From Patescibacteria group bacterium (GTDB taxonomy: Bacteria > Patescibacteriota > Patescibacteriia > Buchananbacterales > SURF-54): a stretch of DNA of 64,000 nucleotides. Shown piece after piece: positions 18,375 through 27,015 of this stretch; position 1 is the stretch's first letter; each line of letters opens with the position of its first letter. The stretch is from NCBI GenBank assembly GCA_018818885.1, contig JAHIRB010000007.1, forward strand, positions 18,357-82,356, in the 5' to 3' direction. The position numbers and the translations under genes are program-made. A model generated the notes under the pieces. It did not search any database, was not told the DNA's origin, and saw only the letters and a list, made by a program, of their open reading frames with translations.

Positions 18375-18887
18375 TTAGCCCACAGAAATCTTATCTATCT
18401 TATCCTGAATATACCTTGAAAAATATCCTCTATATTTTTTTTGTAGTGTTTTCTTTTGCCAATCTTTACCAGCAATAATCTTACGACAATTTTTCTGTGC
18501 ACAGTTACATTTTGTTTTATAAATATCATTGTCTACCATTGCGTAATCAATGGTCAATTCTTCCTCTGCTTTAATATCTCGCATAGCCACAAAAGTAATT
18601 TCGCCTCGAACACCAATGTTCGGATTACATGAGTGATTTAAAAACATCATAATTTTACCGACCTCATTGCTTTTTAATGGACCTATAACAAAATCATCAT
18701 CAATTTGGAAATAGGAATCACCAATCAAATGTCTTATTCTCTGGAGAGTTTTCCAACCAATAATATGACCACCTTTGATACCGACCAACTCTCCTTTCTT
18801 AATTTGACGTATGCCAAATAATCCACGGCCTTCAATTAAACTTTTCTTTACCCTCGTTTTTGGTGATAAATAAGATTTTATATTCAT
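18375..18887 (-). CDS. SET-domain protein (lysine methyltransferase-like) with post-SET Cys cluster
   Basis: NHSCNPN and ELTIDY motifs plus CNCAQKNCR. Confidence 0.75.
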   Translation of the reverse strand: MNIKSYLSPKTRVKKSLIEGRGLFGIRQIKKGELVGIKGGHIIGWKTLQRIRHLIGDSYFQIDDDFVIGPLKSNEVGKIMMFLNHSCNPNIGVRGEITFVAMRDIKAEEELTIDYAMVDNDIYKTKCNCAQKNCRKIIAGKDWQKKTLQKKYRGYFSRYIQDKIDKISVG

Positions 18888-18897
18888 ATCTTTTATT

Positions 18898-18969
18898 CTA
18901 CATTACATAACACTTCTTATCCAAGATCTTTTTGCGAGGTTTGGATTGTGAGCCGAGGATTATTTTCAT
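18898..18969 (-). other. 23-codon upstream ORF that is a relic copy of the maf 5-prime end (MKIILGSQSKPRKK...)
   Basis: about 80 percent nucleotide identity to first 41 nt of maf; stop 10 nt before SET start codon. Confidence 0.6.
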
Positions 18970-19523
18970 TTTGACTTCTCTAACAATAGATAGGGATAAC
19001 CTTTAAAATCTCTCTCAACATTTTGACAGCCATGTTGTTTTAAAAAATCAATCATTTCATCTGATTTGTGCTTAACATCTGATATTTTTTTTAAACCGAT
19101 ATATTCTACTTCGATAAAACTGCCTAAATCCTTTACAGAATCAATAGCCACTTCATAATCTTGATAAATATATACTTTCCTTACTTTATCTACGGTTATC
19201 ACTTTTTTGAGATCTAATGCTTCTAAGATTTTTTGACCAGTGTCTTTGTCATCAATTACTATTTCATACTCATCGCAATGATAAGCTTTGCCGTCTTCTT
19301 GATAATGCCAGTTTTTGTAATTAATTGTATTCTTTTCCGCTTCTGTTCTTAATCGTAGCCATTCTTTAATTGGAGTGACTTTCGTAAAATCTCGATGAGA
19401 AGGGACATAATATTGATCGACTTGTTTATTTTCAAATTGAAATTTTCCTTTTTCTATTAAAAACTCTTCCAAGTCTTTTGTATCGTTTACTTTTACTTTA
19501 ATTTCTATTTCTTGATTAGACAT
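18966..19523 (-). CDS. CYTH-domain protein (CyaB-like class IV adenylyl cyclase / triphosphatase fold)
   Basis: EIEIKVKV N-terminus, RLR and SFIEVEY acidic strands typical of CYTH; start taken at ATG MSNQEIEIK rather than TTG of ORF track. Confidence 0.7.
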   Translation of the reverse strand: MSNQEIEIKVKVNDTKDLEEFLIEKGKFQFENKQVDQYYVPSHRDFTKVTPIKEWLRLRTEAEKNTINYKNWHYQEDGKAYHCDEYEIVIDDKDTGQKILEALDLKKVITVDKVRKVYIYQDYEVAIDSVKDLGSFIEVEYIGLKKISDVKHKSDEMIDFLKQHGCQNVERDFKGYPYLLLEKSK

Positions 19524-19524
19524 A

Positions 19525-19590
19525 TTATTTCTTATGACACTTCTTAAATTTTTTTCGCCAAGGAGATTGTGATCCAAGAATTATTTTCAT
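19525..19590 (-). other. 21-codon upstream ORF, second relic copy of the maf 5-prime end (MKIILGSQSPWRKK...)
   Basis: nucleotide similarity to maf start; stop codon 1 nt before CYTH ATG. Confidence 0.6.
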
Positions 19591-19614
19591 AAATTCTCTG
19601 TTACCCTTTATAAT

Positions 19615-20190
19615 TTAGTCAAAAATAAAAATGTTATTAACTAATCTTAGATGTAATGTTTCGATTTCTTTAATCTTACCCAACACCCATACCTCGCTTC
19701 CTCTCTTTGAATTTTTAAAAGTTGGATATTTTTCTAAGTCAACATTCTCACAAATAACTGACAGACCTAAAATAGAACCAGTTTTAGAATGAAAATATAA
19801 AGTAACTTTTTTATTATCGCTAATCGATAAACTTGAAAATTCTAACTTCCAACAAATTTTAATATCCTTAAAACTTTCTCTAATTGATGATTGCTGGAAT
19901 GGCGTTACAGACTCTACCTTCTCTTCAATCTCTTCAGGTGTAGGGCTTAACTGATACCCGCCATCTTCTATCATCTTCTTAACCTTTTGGGATAATTCTT
20001 TCTCAATAGGAATTTTCTCAATTGAGTCGTTGCTTGGAAAACTTTTAGAGACGGGTTTATCTGTGTCTGCATATTTTTTATTTTTTCTGTGTTTAAATAG
20101 CAACACTATCGATGGTAATAAAGTAAATATAATAACAACTCCTACCCCTGAAAAAATCCATTCTTTGTTTTGCCAAATATACTCTAACAT
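19615..20190 (-). CDS. hypothetical membrane-anchored protein
   Basis: one N-terminal TM helix; ATG start chosen over GTG of ORF track. Confidence 0.45.
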   Translation of the reverse strand: MLEYIWQNKEWIFSGVGVVIIFTLLPSIVLLFKHRKNKKYADTDKPVSKSFPSNDSIEKIPIEKELSQKVKKMIEDGGYQLSPTPEEIEEKVESVTPFQQSSIRESFKDIKICWKLEFSSLSISDNKKVTLYFHSKTGSILGLSVICENVDLEKYPTFKNSKRGSEVWVLGKIKEIETLHLRLVNNIFIFD

Positions 20191-20210
20191 AATATTTATC
20201 CACCATGACA

Positions 20211-20240
20211 CCCCGTACAGTCGCTTCGCGACTTACGGGG
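20211..20240. other. near-perfect 30-nt palindrome (13-bp stem with one bulge, ttc loop) downstream of secA
   Basis: ccccgtacagtcgc-ttc-gcgacttacgggg. Confidence 0.6.
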
Positions 20241-20253
20241 CATGCTCCTTAAA

Positions 20254-23076
20254 TTATTTGCCGTGGCACTTTTTAAACTTCTTACCACTCCCACATGGAC
20301 AAGCATCATTTCTCCCTACTTTTTGTCCGTTGTAATGGGTCTGTGCGCTGTCTTCTAACTTTGCTTGACGTTTTTCTACATCTTGTTGCATTGCTTGCTG
20401 CTCATCAACTTTCTGATCCCTGATCCCTGATCCCTGATTACTGATTCCCTGCCCCCGTTCCATAGTCTTTGCCGGTGCTACAAACTGCATGCCTGCCCGT
20501 TGGAATATTCCTGGAGTAAACTGCTGTGCTACACCAACTTTGTATATAGAGTAAACTACTTGTTTTTGAATTAAATTCATCAATTCTGTAAATAGCTTAT
20601 ATGCTTCTTTTTTATATTCAACTAAAGGATCGCGCTGGCCATAGCCACGAAGTCCAATCCCAGTACGTAAATAATTTATTGCATCTAAATGTTCTACCCA
20701 CAAATTATCTATAGCTCTCAAATAGATTTGTTTTTCTACTTTTCGTATTGGAATAACTTTTGTTTCTTGGAAGTCAGCTGTGTTCTGCATTGCTTGATTA
20801 ACATTATATTCAAGTTTATCATATTGCTCTTTTGCAATATTTAGTAAATGATTGATTATTTTAGTTCTAGCCTTTACTTCGTCTGGTTTTGACTTTTCCG
20901 ACATGTCTTCCTTTATCTTGTCTAAATCTAAACGAAGGGTTTGATCGACTCTAAAAATTGAATTAGCTACTTCGTAAATTTCTTTAATATCCCAAGATTT
21001 AGGATCATCAGAAGCAGTATGGAAAGAAACCACCGCCTCAATCTCTTGCTCAATTAACTCAATAACTTTATCTCTAATATCGTCTTTCTCTAGCACTTCA
21101 CGCCTTTTCTGATACACTACTTCCCTATGCTTGTTTATAACATCATCGTATTCTACCAAATGTTTTCTGATATCAAAATTATGTCCTTCTACTTTTTTCT
21201 GCGCTGATTCAATTGAACGAGTAATCATTTTGTTTTCAATTGGCATGTCTTCTGGCACTTTTAGAGTTGTCATCATGCTTTTAATTCTATCAGACCCAAA
21301 AATCCGCATTAGTTCATCTTCTAAAGAAAGATAAAATCTAGTACTTCCTGCATCTCCTTGACGGCCAGAACGTCCACGAAGTTGATTATCTATTCTACGC
21401 GACTCATGCCTTTCTGTACCGATGACATGCAAACCACCAGCTTTTTTGACGATATCTTGTGCACCTTCTTCTGGCGGGTTACCACCTAAAACAATATCAA
21501 CTCCCCTACCGGCCATGTTAGTAGCTACTGTAACACCACTCGGTCGACCAGCTTGAGCAATAATGTTTCCTTCTTTTTCGTGTTGTTTGGCGTTTAGAAC
21601 TTGATGTTCTATTCCCGCTCTATTTAACATCTGTGATAAAAATTCGTTTTGCTCAATAGCAACTGTGCCAATAAGTACTGGCTGACCCTTAGTTTGCTTT
21701 TCTTTGATATCCTTAATTAGCGCCTCGTATTTTCCCTTGGCAGTTTTGTAAACAAGGTCGTTTTTGTCATCACGTACCATTGGTTTGTTTGTCGGTATTA
21801 CTGTAACTTCTAAACCATAAATTTTAGAAAATTCTTCTGCTTCTGTTGCAGCAGTACCTGTCATCCCAGAAAGTTTTTTGTATTGCCTAAAATAATTTTG
21901 AAAAGTAATTGTTGCCAATGTTTTTGATTCACGTTGAACTGCCACACCTTCTTTTGCTTCTATTGCTTGGTGCAAACCTTCTGAGTAGCGACGACCTTGC
22001 ATCATTCTACCGGTGAATTCATCTACGATAATTACCTCGCCATCTTTTACCACGTAGTCTTTGTCGCGCTTAAATAATGCATGCGCCTTTAATGCTTGTT
22101 CAATATGATGAACCATAGTAATGCCACCTTCGGTATAAATATTTCCCATGCCCAACATTTTTTCCATTTTTGTTATTCCGTTTTCAGTCAAAGTCGATGC
22201 TCGCATTTTTTCATCAATATTATAATCAACGTCTACTTCTAATTTTTTGACTAGTTCTGCAAACCGAGCATATTGGTCTGTACTTTCTGTATCTGGCGCA
22301 GATATGATAAGCGGAGTTCTGGCTTCGTCGATTAAAATACTATCGATTTCATCAATAATACAATAATGCAAATCTCTTTGAACCATTTGTTCTTTTGTTT
22401 GCACCATGTTGTCACGTAAAAAATCAAAACCATATTCATTGTTTGTGCCATATGTTATATCTGCAACATATGCTTCTTTACGTTCAACTGGGCGTAAAAA
22501 TTCATGTACAATTTTAAACGCACCCGTTTTATCGCGTTCTTTATCTTGTTCTGACCCTTCCTCTTTAGGTGTTTGATATGCTGGGTCATACAAAAAAGCA
22601 GACTCATGTTGAATACAGCCTACTGATATACCTAAAGAATAAAAAACTTGTCCCATCCAGACGCTATCTCTAGCAGCTAAATAATCATTGACAGTGATAA
22701 GATGTACACCCTTGCCTTCTAGAGCGTTTAGATATGCTGCTGTAGTAGAAGCTAAAGTTTTTCCTTCTCCGGTTCTCATTTCTGCAATTATGCCGCGATG
22801 CAAAGTTATACCACCCATCAGCTGTACGTCGAAGTGTCGCTGTTTTAGTGTTCTTTTGGCAGCTTCTCTAACGCATGCGAAAGCATCCGGCAAAATTTCG
22901 TCAAGTGACTTTCCGTCTTTAAGTTGGGATTTAAAAACCGATGTCTGATTTTTAAATTCATCTTCAGACATCTTTTGATATTTTGGTTCTAATTTATTTA
23001 TCTCGTCGACTTTGTCTTGTAGTTCCTTAAGAACTTTGACATTTGGATCTCCGAGAATTTTTGTGAGGATGGACAT
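20254..23076 (-). CDS. secA: preprotein translocase ATPase SecA
   Basis: 940 aa, DEAD motor motifs, C-terminal CPCGSGKKFKKCHG zinc finger. Confidence 0.95.
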   Translation of the reverse strand: MSILTKILGDPNVKVLKELQDKVDEINKLEPKYQKMSEDEFKNQTSVFKSQLKDGKSLDEILPDAFACVREAAKRTLKQRHFDVQLMGGITLHRGIIAEMRTGEGKTLASTTAAYLNALEGKGVHLITVNDYLAARDSVWMGQVFYSLGISVGCIQHESAFLYDPAYQTPKEEGSEQDKERDKTGAFKIVHEFLRPVERKEAYVADITYGTNNEYGFDFLRDNMVQTKEQMVQRDLHYCIIDEIDSILIDEARTPLIISAPDTESTDQYARFAELVKKLEVDVDYNIDEKMRASTLTENGITKMEKMLGMGNIYTEGGITMVHHIEQALKAHALFKRDKDYVVKDGEVIIVDEFTGRMMQGRRYSEGLHQAIEAKEGVAVQRESKTLATITFQNYFRQYKKLSGMTGTAATEAEEFSKIYGLEVTVIPTNKPMVRDDKNDLVYKTAKGKYEALIKDIKEKQTKGQPVLIGTVAIEQNEFLSQMLNRAGIEHQVLNAKQHEKEGNIIAQAGRPSGVTVATNMAGRGVDIVLGGNPPEEGAQDIVKKAGGLHVIGTERHESRRIDNQLRGRSGRQGDAGSTRFYLSLEDELMRIFGSDRIKSMMTTLKVPEDMPIENKMITRSIESAQKKVEGHNFDIRKHLVEYDDVINKHREVVYQKRREVLEKDDIRDKVIELIEQEIEAVVSFHTASDDPKSWDIKEIYEVANSIFRVDQTLRLDLDKIKEDMSEKSKPDEVKARTKIINHLLNIAKEQYDKLEYNVNQAMQNTADFQETKVIPIRKVEKQIYLRAIDNLWVEHLDAINYLRTGIGLRGYGQRDPLVEYKKEAYKLFTELMNLIQKQVVYSIYKVGVAQQFTPGIFQRAGMQFVAPAKTMERGQGISNQGSGIRDQKVDEQQAMQQDVEKRQAKLEDSAQTHYNGQKVGRNDACPCGSGKKFKKCHGK
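20413..20451. repeat. in-frame heptamer microsatellite (ctgatcc x3 then ctgatta/ctgattc) inside secA C-terminal coding region
   Basis: encodes QGSGIRDQ-type repeat; same ctgattact unit recurs at 24505-24556. Confidence 0.7.
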
Positions 23077-23190
23077 AGAATGGTTTGGAGATACTAAGAT
23101 ACTGGATATAAAGATATTGAGAGCAACTTAATATCTAAGTATCTTAATATCAAAATATCTAATAATAAACTGTAACTTAAAAACTATACC

Positions 23191-23215
23191 AAAAAAACTT
23201 GCATAAAGCAAGGAT
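23191..23215. repeat. 25-bp direct repeat copy 1 with palindromic core cttgcataaagcaag
   Basis: 24 of 25 identical to 24100-24124. Confidence 0.7.
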
Positions 23216-23360
23216 TGACAAAAATTATTAAACGTGATAGAAGTAATGCATTAAACCTTTCAAAGCACAGCTGTGCTACTACTTAGTACCTACTTAGATA
23301 CTGTGATCTAACTAGCGAAAGGTGGTTTTGCCCTAGTGAACGGGCGAAAGGAGATTTAAA

Positions 23361-24041
23361 ATGTCTAAATCACCAAACTGGGGTCAAGGCACTCAACTCG
23401 AGAAACTTGGATTTCACCACGCTGAAATTCAAGAAATCATTGACAATCATCGAGCAGTTCATGAGTTACTAGCCAGTATTCGTGAAAAGAAAAGACGCTC
23501 AACTTTTCAGCGTATTATGTATGCCACAGGAATTATTGACCCAACAGGTTTTTTGAACAAAGCACTCACTCACAAAGAACTTCTGATCGGATTTCCTTCG
23601 GTTAATGGGAGAATTATTGACCTTCTGTTGAAAATTGAAATAAATGTCTCCCTGCACATCCTCAATCTTAATATTGTGCTACCAAACAAAGAGTCTGACG
23701 ACGAAGTACAATCCGCAATAAAAAAGATGAACTGGACATCGATAAAATCAAAAAAACTTGGTTCTTTAGAGGCGATGGAAGAAAATATCGATAGCACTCA
23801 CAAAGAATGCCGGCGTACAAATATTTGGGCAGCAATATCTATGGCAATATTGCATCCTGAATCTTTCAGGCAAGGTGAAATTTTGGTGTTTAGCCAGTTT
23901 CGATATAAATCTGCTTCACCACTACACAACCTTGTTGTTCCGATCTTAAGACTTAAACGCGGACAAATCTATATCGATGCTGCTGACTATTGCGACCCAA
24001 TAAGGGAAGGAAACTTTCACTCACTCAGATTGTATGGCTAA
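23361..24041 (+). CDS. hypothetical protein (226 aa) on repeat-bounded cassette
   Basis: ORF with SD aaaggag; 130-nt structured leader; own terminator. Confidence 0.5.
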   Translation: MSKSPNWGQGTQLEKLGFHHAEIQEIIDNHRAVHELLASIREKKRRSTFQRIMYATGIIDPTGFLNKALTHKELLIGFPSVNGRIIDLLLKIEINVSLHILNLNIVLPNKESDDEVQSAIKKMNWTSIKSKKLGSLEAMEENIDSTHKECRRTNIWAAISMAILHPESFRQGEILVFSQFRYKSASPLHNLVVPILRLKRGQIYIDAADYCDPIREGNFHSLRLYG

Positions 24042-24057
24042 AAACATACGTTTTAAA

Positions 24058-24097
24058 AACCCCCGCGTTGATGCGTTCAGCGCGGGTTCTTTTTTTT
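24058..24097. terminator. bidirectional rho-independent terminator (cccgcg...cgcggg + T8)
   Basis: direct inspection. Confidence 0.75.
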
Positions 24098-24099
24098 GC

Positions 24100-24124
24100 A
24101 GCAAAAAAACTTGCATTAAGCAAG
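24100..24124. repeat. 25-bp direct repeat copy 2 (cttgcattaagcaag core)
   Basis: see 23191-23215. Confidence 0.7.
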
Positions 24125-24163
24125 GATCTAATTGATATATCGTCTATAAAAATTTTCTTATTC

Positions 24164-24463
24164 TCACCTATGTGTTTCTTTATATTTAACTAGTATAGTT
24201 TTCAGATGATCTTTAACTTTATCGATTGCCTTATAAATATTTTTTGTAGTTTTTTCTACTCTTATTAATTTTCCCGGCACATCTAAATTAACTTCTGCTC
24301 TGTATAACTCTCCTTTTTTATGATGACGTGTTGTATACTCAACTTCAACGTCTGCTTCAATAATGCCATTATAGTATTTCATCAAAGATAATATTTTTTC
24401 TTCAATATATTGTTTCAGCTCAGGAGTAAGATTTATTTTTGTTGCTTTAATTTTTATTTTCAT
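24164..24463 (-). CDS. hpf: ribosome hibernation promoting factor (RaiA/HPF family)
   Basis: 99 aa, MKIKIKATKINLTPELKQYIEEK typical S30AE N-terminus. Confidence 0.8.
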   Translation of the reverse strand: MKIKIKATKINLTPELKQYIEEKILSLMKYYNGIIEADVEVEYTTRHHKKGELYRAEVNLDVPGKLIRVEKTTKNIYKAIDKVKDHLKTILVKYKETHR

Positions 24464-24504
24464 ATTTTTTGTTAAATAATTATTTATATATTACTATCAT
24501 TATC

Positions 24505-24556
24505 TCTGATACCTTGCACCTGATTACTGATTACTAGTCACTGATTACTCACTACT
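24505..24556. repeat. ctgattact microsatellite (3-4 units) in murB-hpf intergenic region
   Basis: direct inspection. Confidence 0.6.
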
Positions 24557-24567
24557 TAACTTCCCTA

Positions 24568-25530
24568 TCAAAACCCAACCATTTGTATTTCTTCGTGCAA
24601 TTGAATACCAACTTTGCTTCTCACTTTCTGCTTGATCATACTTATCAGCATGACAATATCTGTGGCTTTAGCATTATTAATATTGACTATAAAATTACAA
24701 TGTTTTTCTGATACTTGTGCTCCCCCGACAATTTTCCCTTTAAATCCAAGGTGTTCAATAATATAACCAGCTGGAAAATCCCCCAACTTCATTAGATTAT
24801 TGTATTCGCTTTCGGAAATATCCAAACCTTTCATCATTTTTTCTTTATCAATTTCTTCTGGGGGAATATTTTTAAATATTGAACCAGGATTTGGTTCTAT
24901 TGGAATGCGTTGAGTACGTTTTAACATTGTTTCTCTAGCTGTTTTTTGAATTTCTTCTGCATCACCTTTTTCTAATTTTAGTTTTACTGAAAGTATTACT
25001 CCCCCATTTTGTTTGAACGCACTATCTCGATAGCCAAAATTGCAATCCTTATTTTTGATTTTTTGTATTTTTCCGCTTTTATAAACTTTTACTTCCTCAA
25101 CAAGATTTGAAATACTATGGCCATATGCTCCGGCATTTCCCCTAACCGCACCTCCAATTGTACCATAAATTCCCACCATCCATTCCATTCCAGAAAGTCC
25201 TTGCTTAGCAGTCTCGTTGACTAACTTATTAAAATTGACACCGGCCTCAGCTTCAACTATTTGGCCTTGTGTCCTGCACGTTGTACCCTGCACCTTAACT
25301 ACTACTCCTTCAAAACCAGTGTCCGAAATCAATACATTGCTACCACCAGCTAAAAGAAAAAATGGTACTTCTAGTTCTTGTACAATCTTAACCACTTCTA
25401 GTAATTCTTTGCTACTATTGACTTCTACAAAATACTTTGCCTTACCGCCAATTTTGTATGTGTTAAATTCTTTCAAGCTGATATTTTGCTTTAAACTATC
25501 ACCTAATTTTTCTTTTAATAGTTTACTCAT
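24568..25530 (-). CDS. murB: UDP-N-acetylenolpyruvoylglucosamine reductase
   Basis: FAD-binding GGGSN-like region and MurB C-terminal domain. Confidence 0.85.
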   Translation of the reverse strand: MSKLLKEKLGDSLKQNISLKEFNTYKIGGKAKYFVEVNSSKELLEVVKIVQELEVPFFLLAGGSNVLISDTGFEGVVVKVQGTTCRTQGQIVEAEAGVNFNKLVNETAKQGLSGMEWMVGIYGTIGGAVRGNAGAYGHSISNLVEEVKVYKSGKIQKIKNKDCNFGYRDSAFKQNGGVILSVKLKLEKGDAEEIQKTARETMLKRTQRIPIEPNPGSIFKNIPPEEIDKEKMMKGLDISESEYNNLMKLGDFPAGYIIEHLGFKGKIVGGAQVSEKHCNFIVNINNAKATDIVMLISMIKQKVRSKVGIQLHEEIQMVGF

Positions 25531-25539
25531 ATATTCTTA

Positions 25540-25599
25540 GGGTAGGTTGGCCTTTAGGCCGACCTACTAACTACGGGCAGCCTAAAGGCAGCCCTACCC
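25540..25599. repeat. pair of inverted GC-rich palindromic elements (GGGTAGGTTGGCCTTTAGGCCGACCTAC and its mirror)
   Basis: same family as 747-773. Confidence 0.55.
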
Positions 25600-25602
25600 A
25601 AT

Positions 25603-27015
25603 CTAGAAATTAGAAATTATTTTATATACATCACCTGCTCCCATAACTGCGACGACTTCTCCAGCGCAGGCTTCTTTGGTTAAATATTCTGAAATGTTTT
25701 TTAGACTACCCTTATATTTAATGTTTAGATGATGATTAGATGCCAGTTTAGCTATGTCTTTAGAAGTTATACCTTTTGCTTTTTCTCTGGCAGAAGCAAA
25801 AATATCTGCTAAGATAACTTCGTTACAATCTACAAAACAAGTAGCAAATTCTTTTTTAAATGCTTTTGTTCTGCTCACCATGTGCGGTTGGAACACGCAT
25901 CTAACATATTTTTTTGGAAATTTTTGTCTAATTGCCTGTAGTGTTGCCCTAACTTCTGTTGGATGATGAGCATAGTCGTCAATAAACTGTATTCCTTTTT
26001 TATTCGCTATTGTCATTCTGCGTTCTACTCCCTTAAAATCAACCAAGACTTTTGCAATTCTAGCCTTACTTATTTTATTTATGTCACACACAATTATACA
26101 AGCCAAGGCATTCAAAACATTATGATCACCTGCTAGCCTAGTTTTAAATCGACCATAATATTTTTTATTTTTTTTGATTTTAAATTCAGTTAAATTTTTT
26201 ACATATTTGATATCGTATGCTTGCCAATTAGCATTTGAATTTAATCCATAGGTAATAATATTTTTCTTATTTTTGATAATTTTATTTATTGATGGCCAGT
26301 CCGAACAAGCAATTACTTTACCTTTATTTTTGAAAGTTTGATTGATCAGTTTTAAAAAAGTATTTTCGATTGATTTTAAATTCTTATAAACATCTACGTG
26401 TTCCCATTCCAAACTTGTGATGATTGTTAATTTTGATTTAAGATCTAAAAATTTTGCTATGTTTAGTTTTAAACTTTTAACGTATTCATCCCCTTCTACA
26501 ATAAAATGTTTGCCATCTTGCCATTGTCCGTTAGCTGGTAATCCATAGGCTTTCGATGAACCAAATAGATAACTTGGCTTTAACCCTAATGATTTAAACA
26601 TAAATGCGAGACATGACGTAGTGGTGGTTTTTCCGTGAACTCCCGTAATTGCAATTGTATTTTTTAGCTGACTAACGTAACCTCGCAATTCTGATTCTAG
26701 AACAGTTTTAAGCTTCTTTGTCCTGAGTTTATCGAAGGATTGTTTTTCGACAAAATCGTATTCTGGATTATTATTACTAAACGAAGTTCCTACCACAACT
26801 AAATCTGGGTTGAATTCACTGATATTCTTAGCACTAAAATTCTGAAAAATTTTGATTTTATTTTTAATTAACACTGGATCAGTAATAAATTTTTCTGAAA
26901 CATCAGAACCTGCAACATCATATCCCATTTGTTTAAAAATAATAGCTAAGCCTGACATGGCCACGCCCTTAATGCCTAAAAAGTATATTTTTTTTGCACT
27001 TTTACTAAGTTGCAT
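25603..27015 (-). CDS. murC: UDP-N-acetylmuramate--L-alanine ligase
   Basis: GIKGVAMSGLA and GTHGKTTTT motifs. Confidence 0.9.
   Translation of the reverse strand: MQLSKSAKKIYFLGIKGVAMSGLAIIFKQMGYDVAGSDVSEKFITDPVLIKNKIKIFQNFSAKNISEFNPDLVVVGTSFSNNNPEYDFVEKQSFDKLRTKKLKTVLESELRGYVSQLKNTIAITGVHGKTTTTSCLAFMFKSLGLKPSYLFGSSKAYGLPANGQWQDGKHFIVEGDEYVKSLKLNIAKFLDLKSKLTIITSLEWEHVDVYKNLKSIENTFLKLINQTFKNKGKVIACSDWPSINKIIKNKKNIITYGLNSNANWQAYDIKYVKNLTEFKIKKNKKYYGRFKTRLAGDHNVLNALACIIVCDINKISKARIAKVLVDFKGVERRMTIANKKGIQFIDDYAHHPTEVRATLQAIRQKFPKKYVRCVFQPHMVSRTKAFKKEFATCFVDCNEVILADIFASAREKAKGITSKDIAKLASNHHLNIKYKGSLKNISEYLTKEACAGEVVAVMGAGDVYKIISNF

Noticed and set aside
20413-20451. Possible CRISPR array suggested by short direct repeats (also 14086-14125, 24505-24556, 39284-39313)
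   Set aside because: Units are 7-9 nt with no intervening unique spacers. These are microsatellites, not CRISPR repeats, and no cas genes are present.
19615-24568. Prophage, integrase or toxin-antitoxin content near the cassette-like regions
   Set aside because: No integrase, recombinase, phage structural or classic TA domain signatures were seen in any ORF of the window. The cassette interpretations rest on repeat architecture only.
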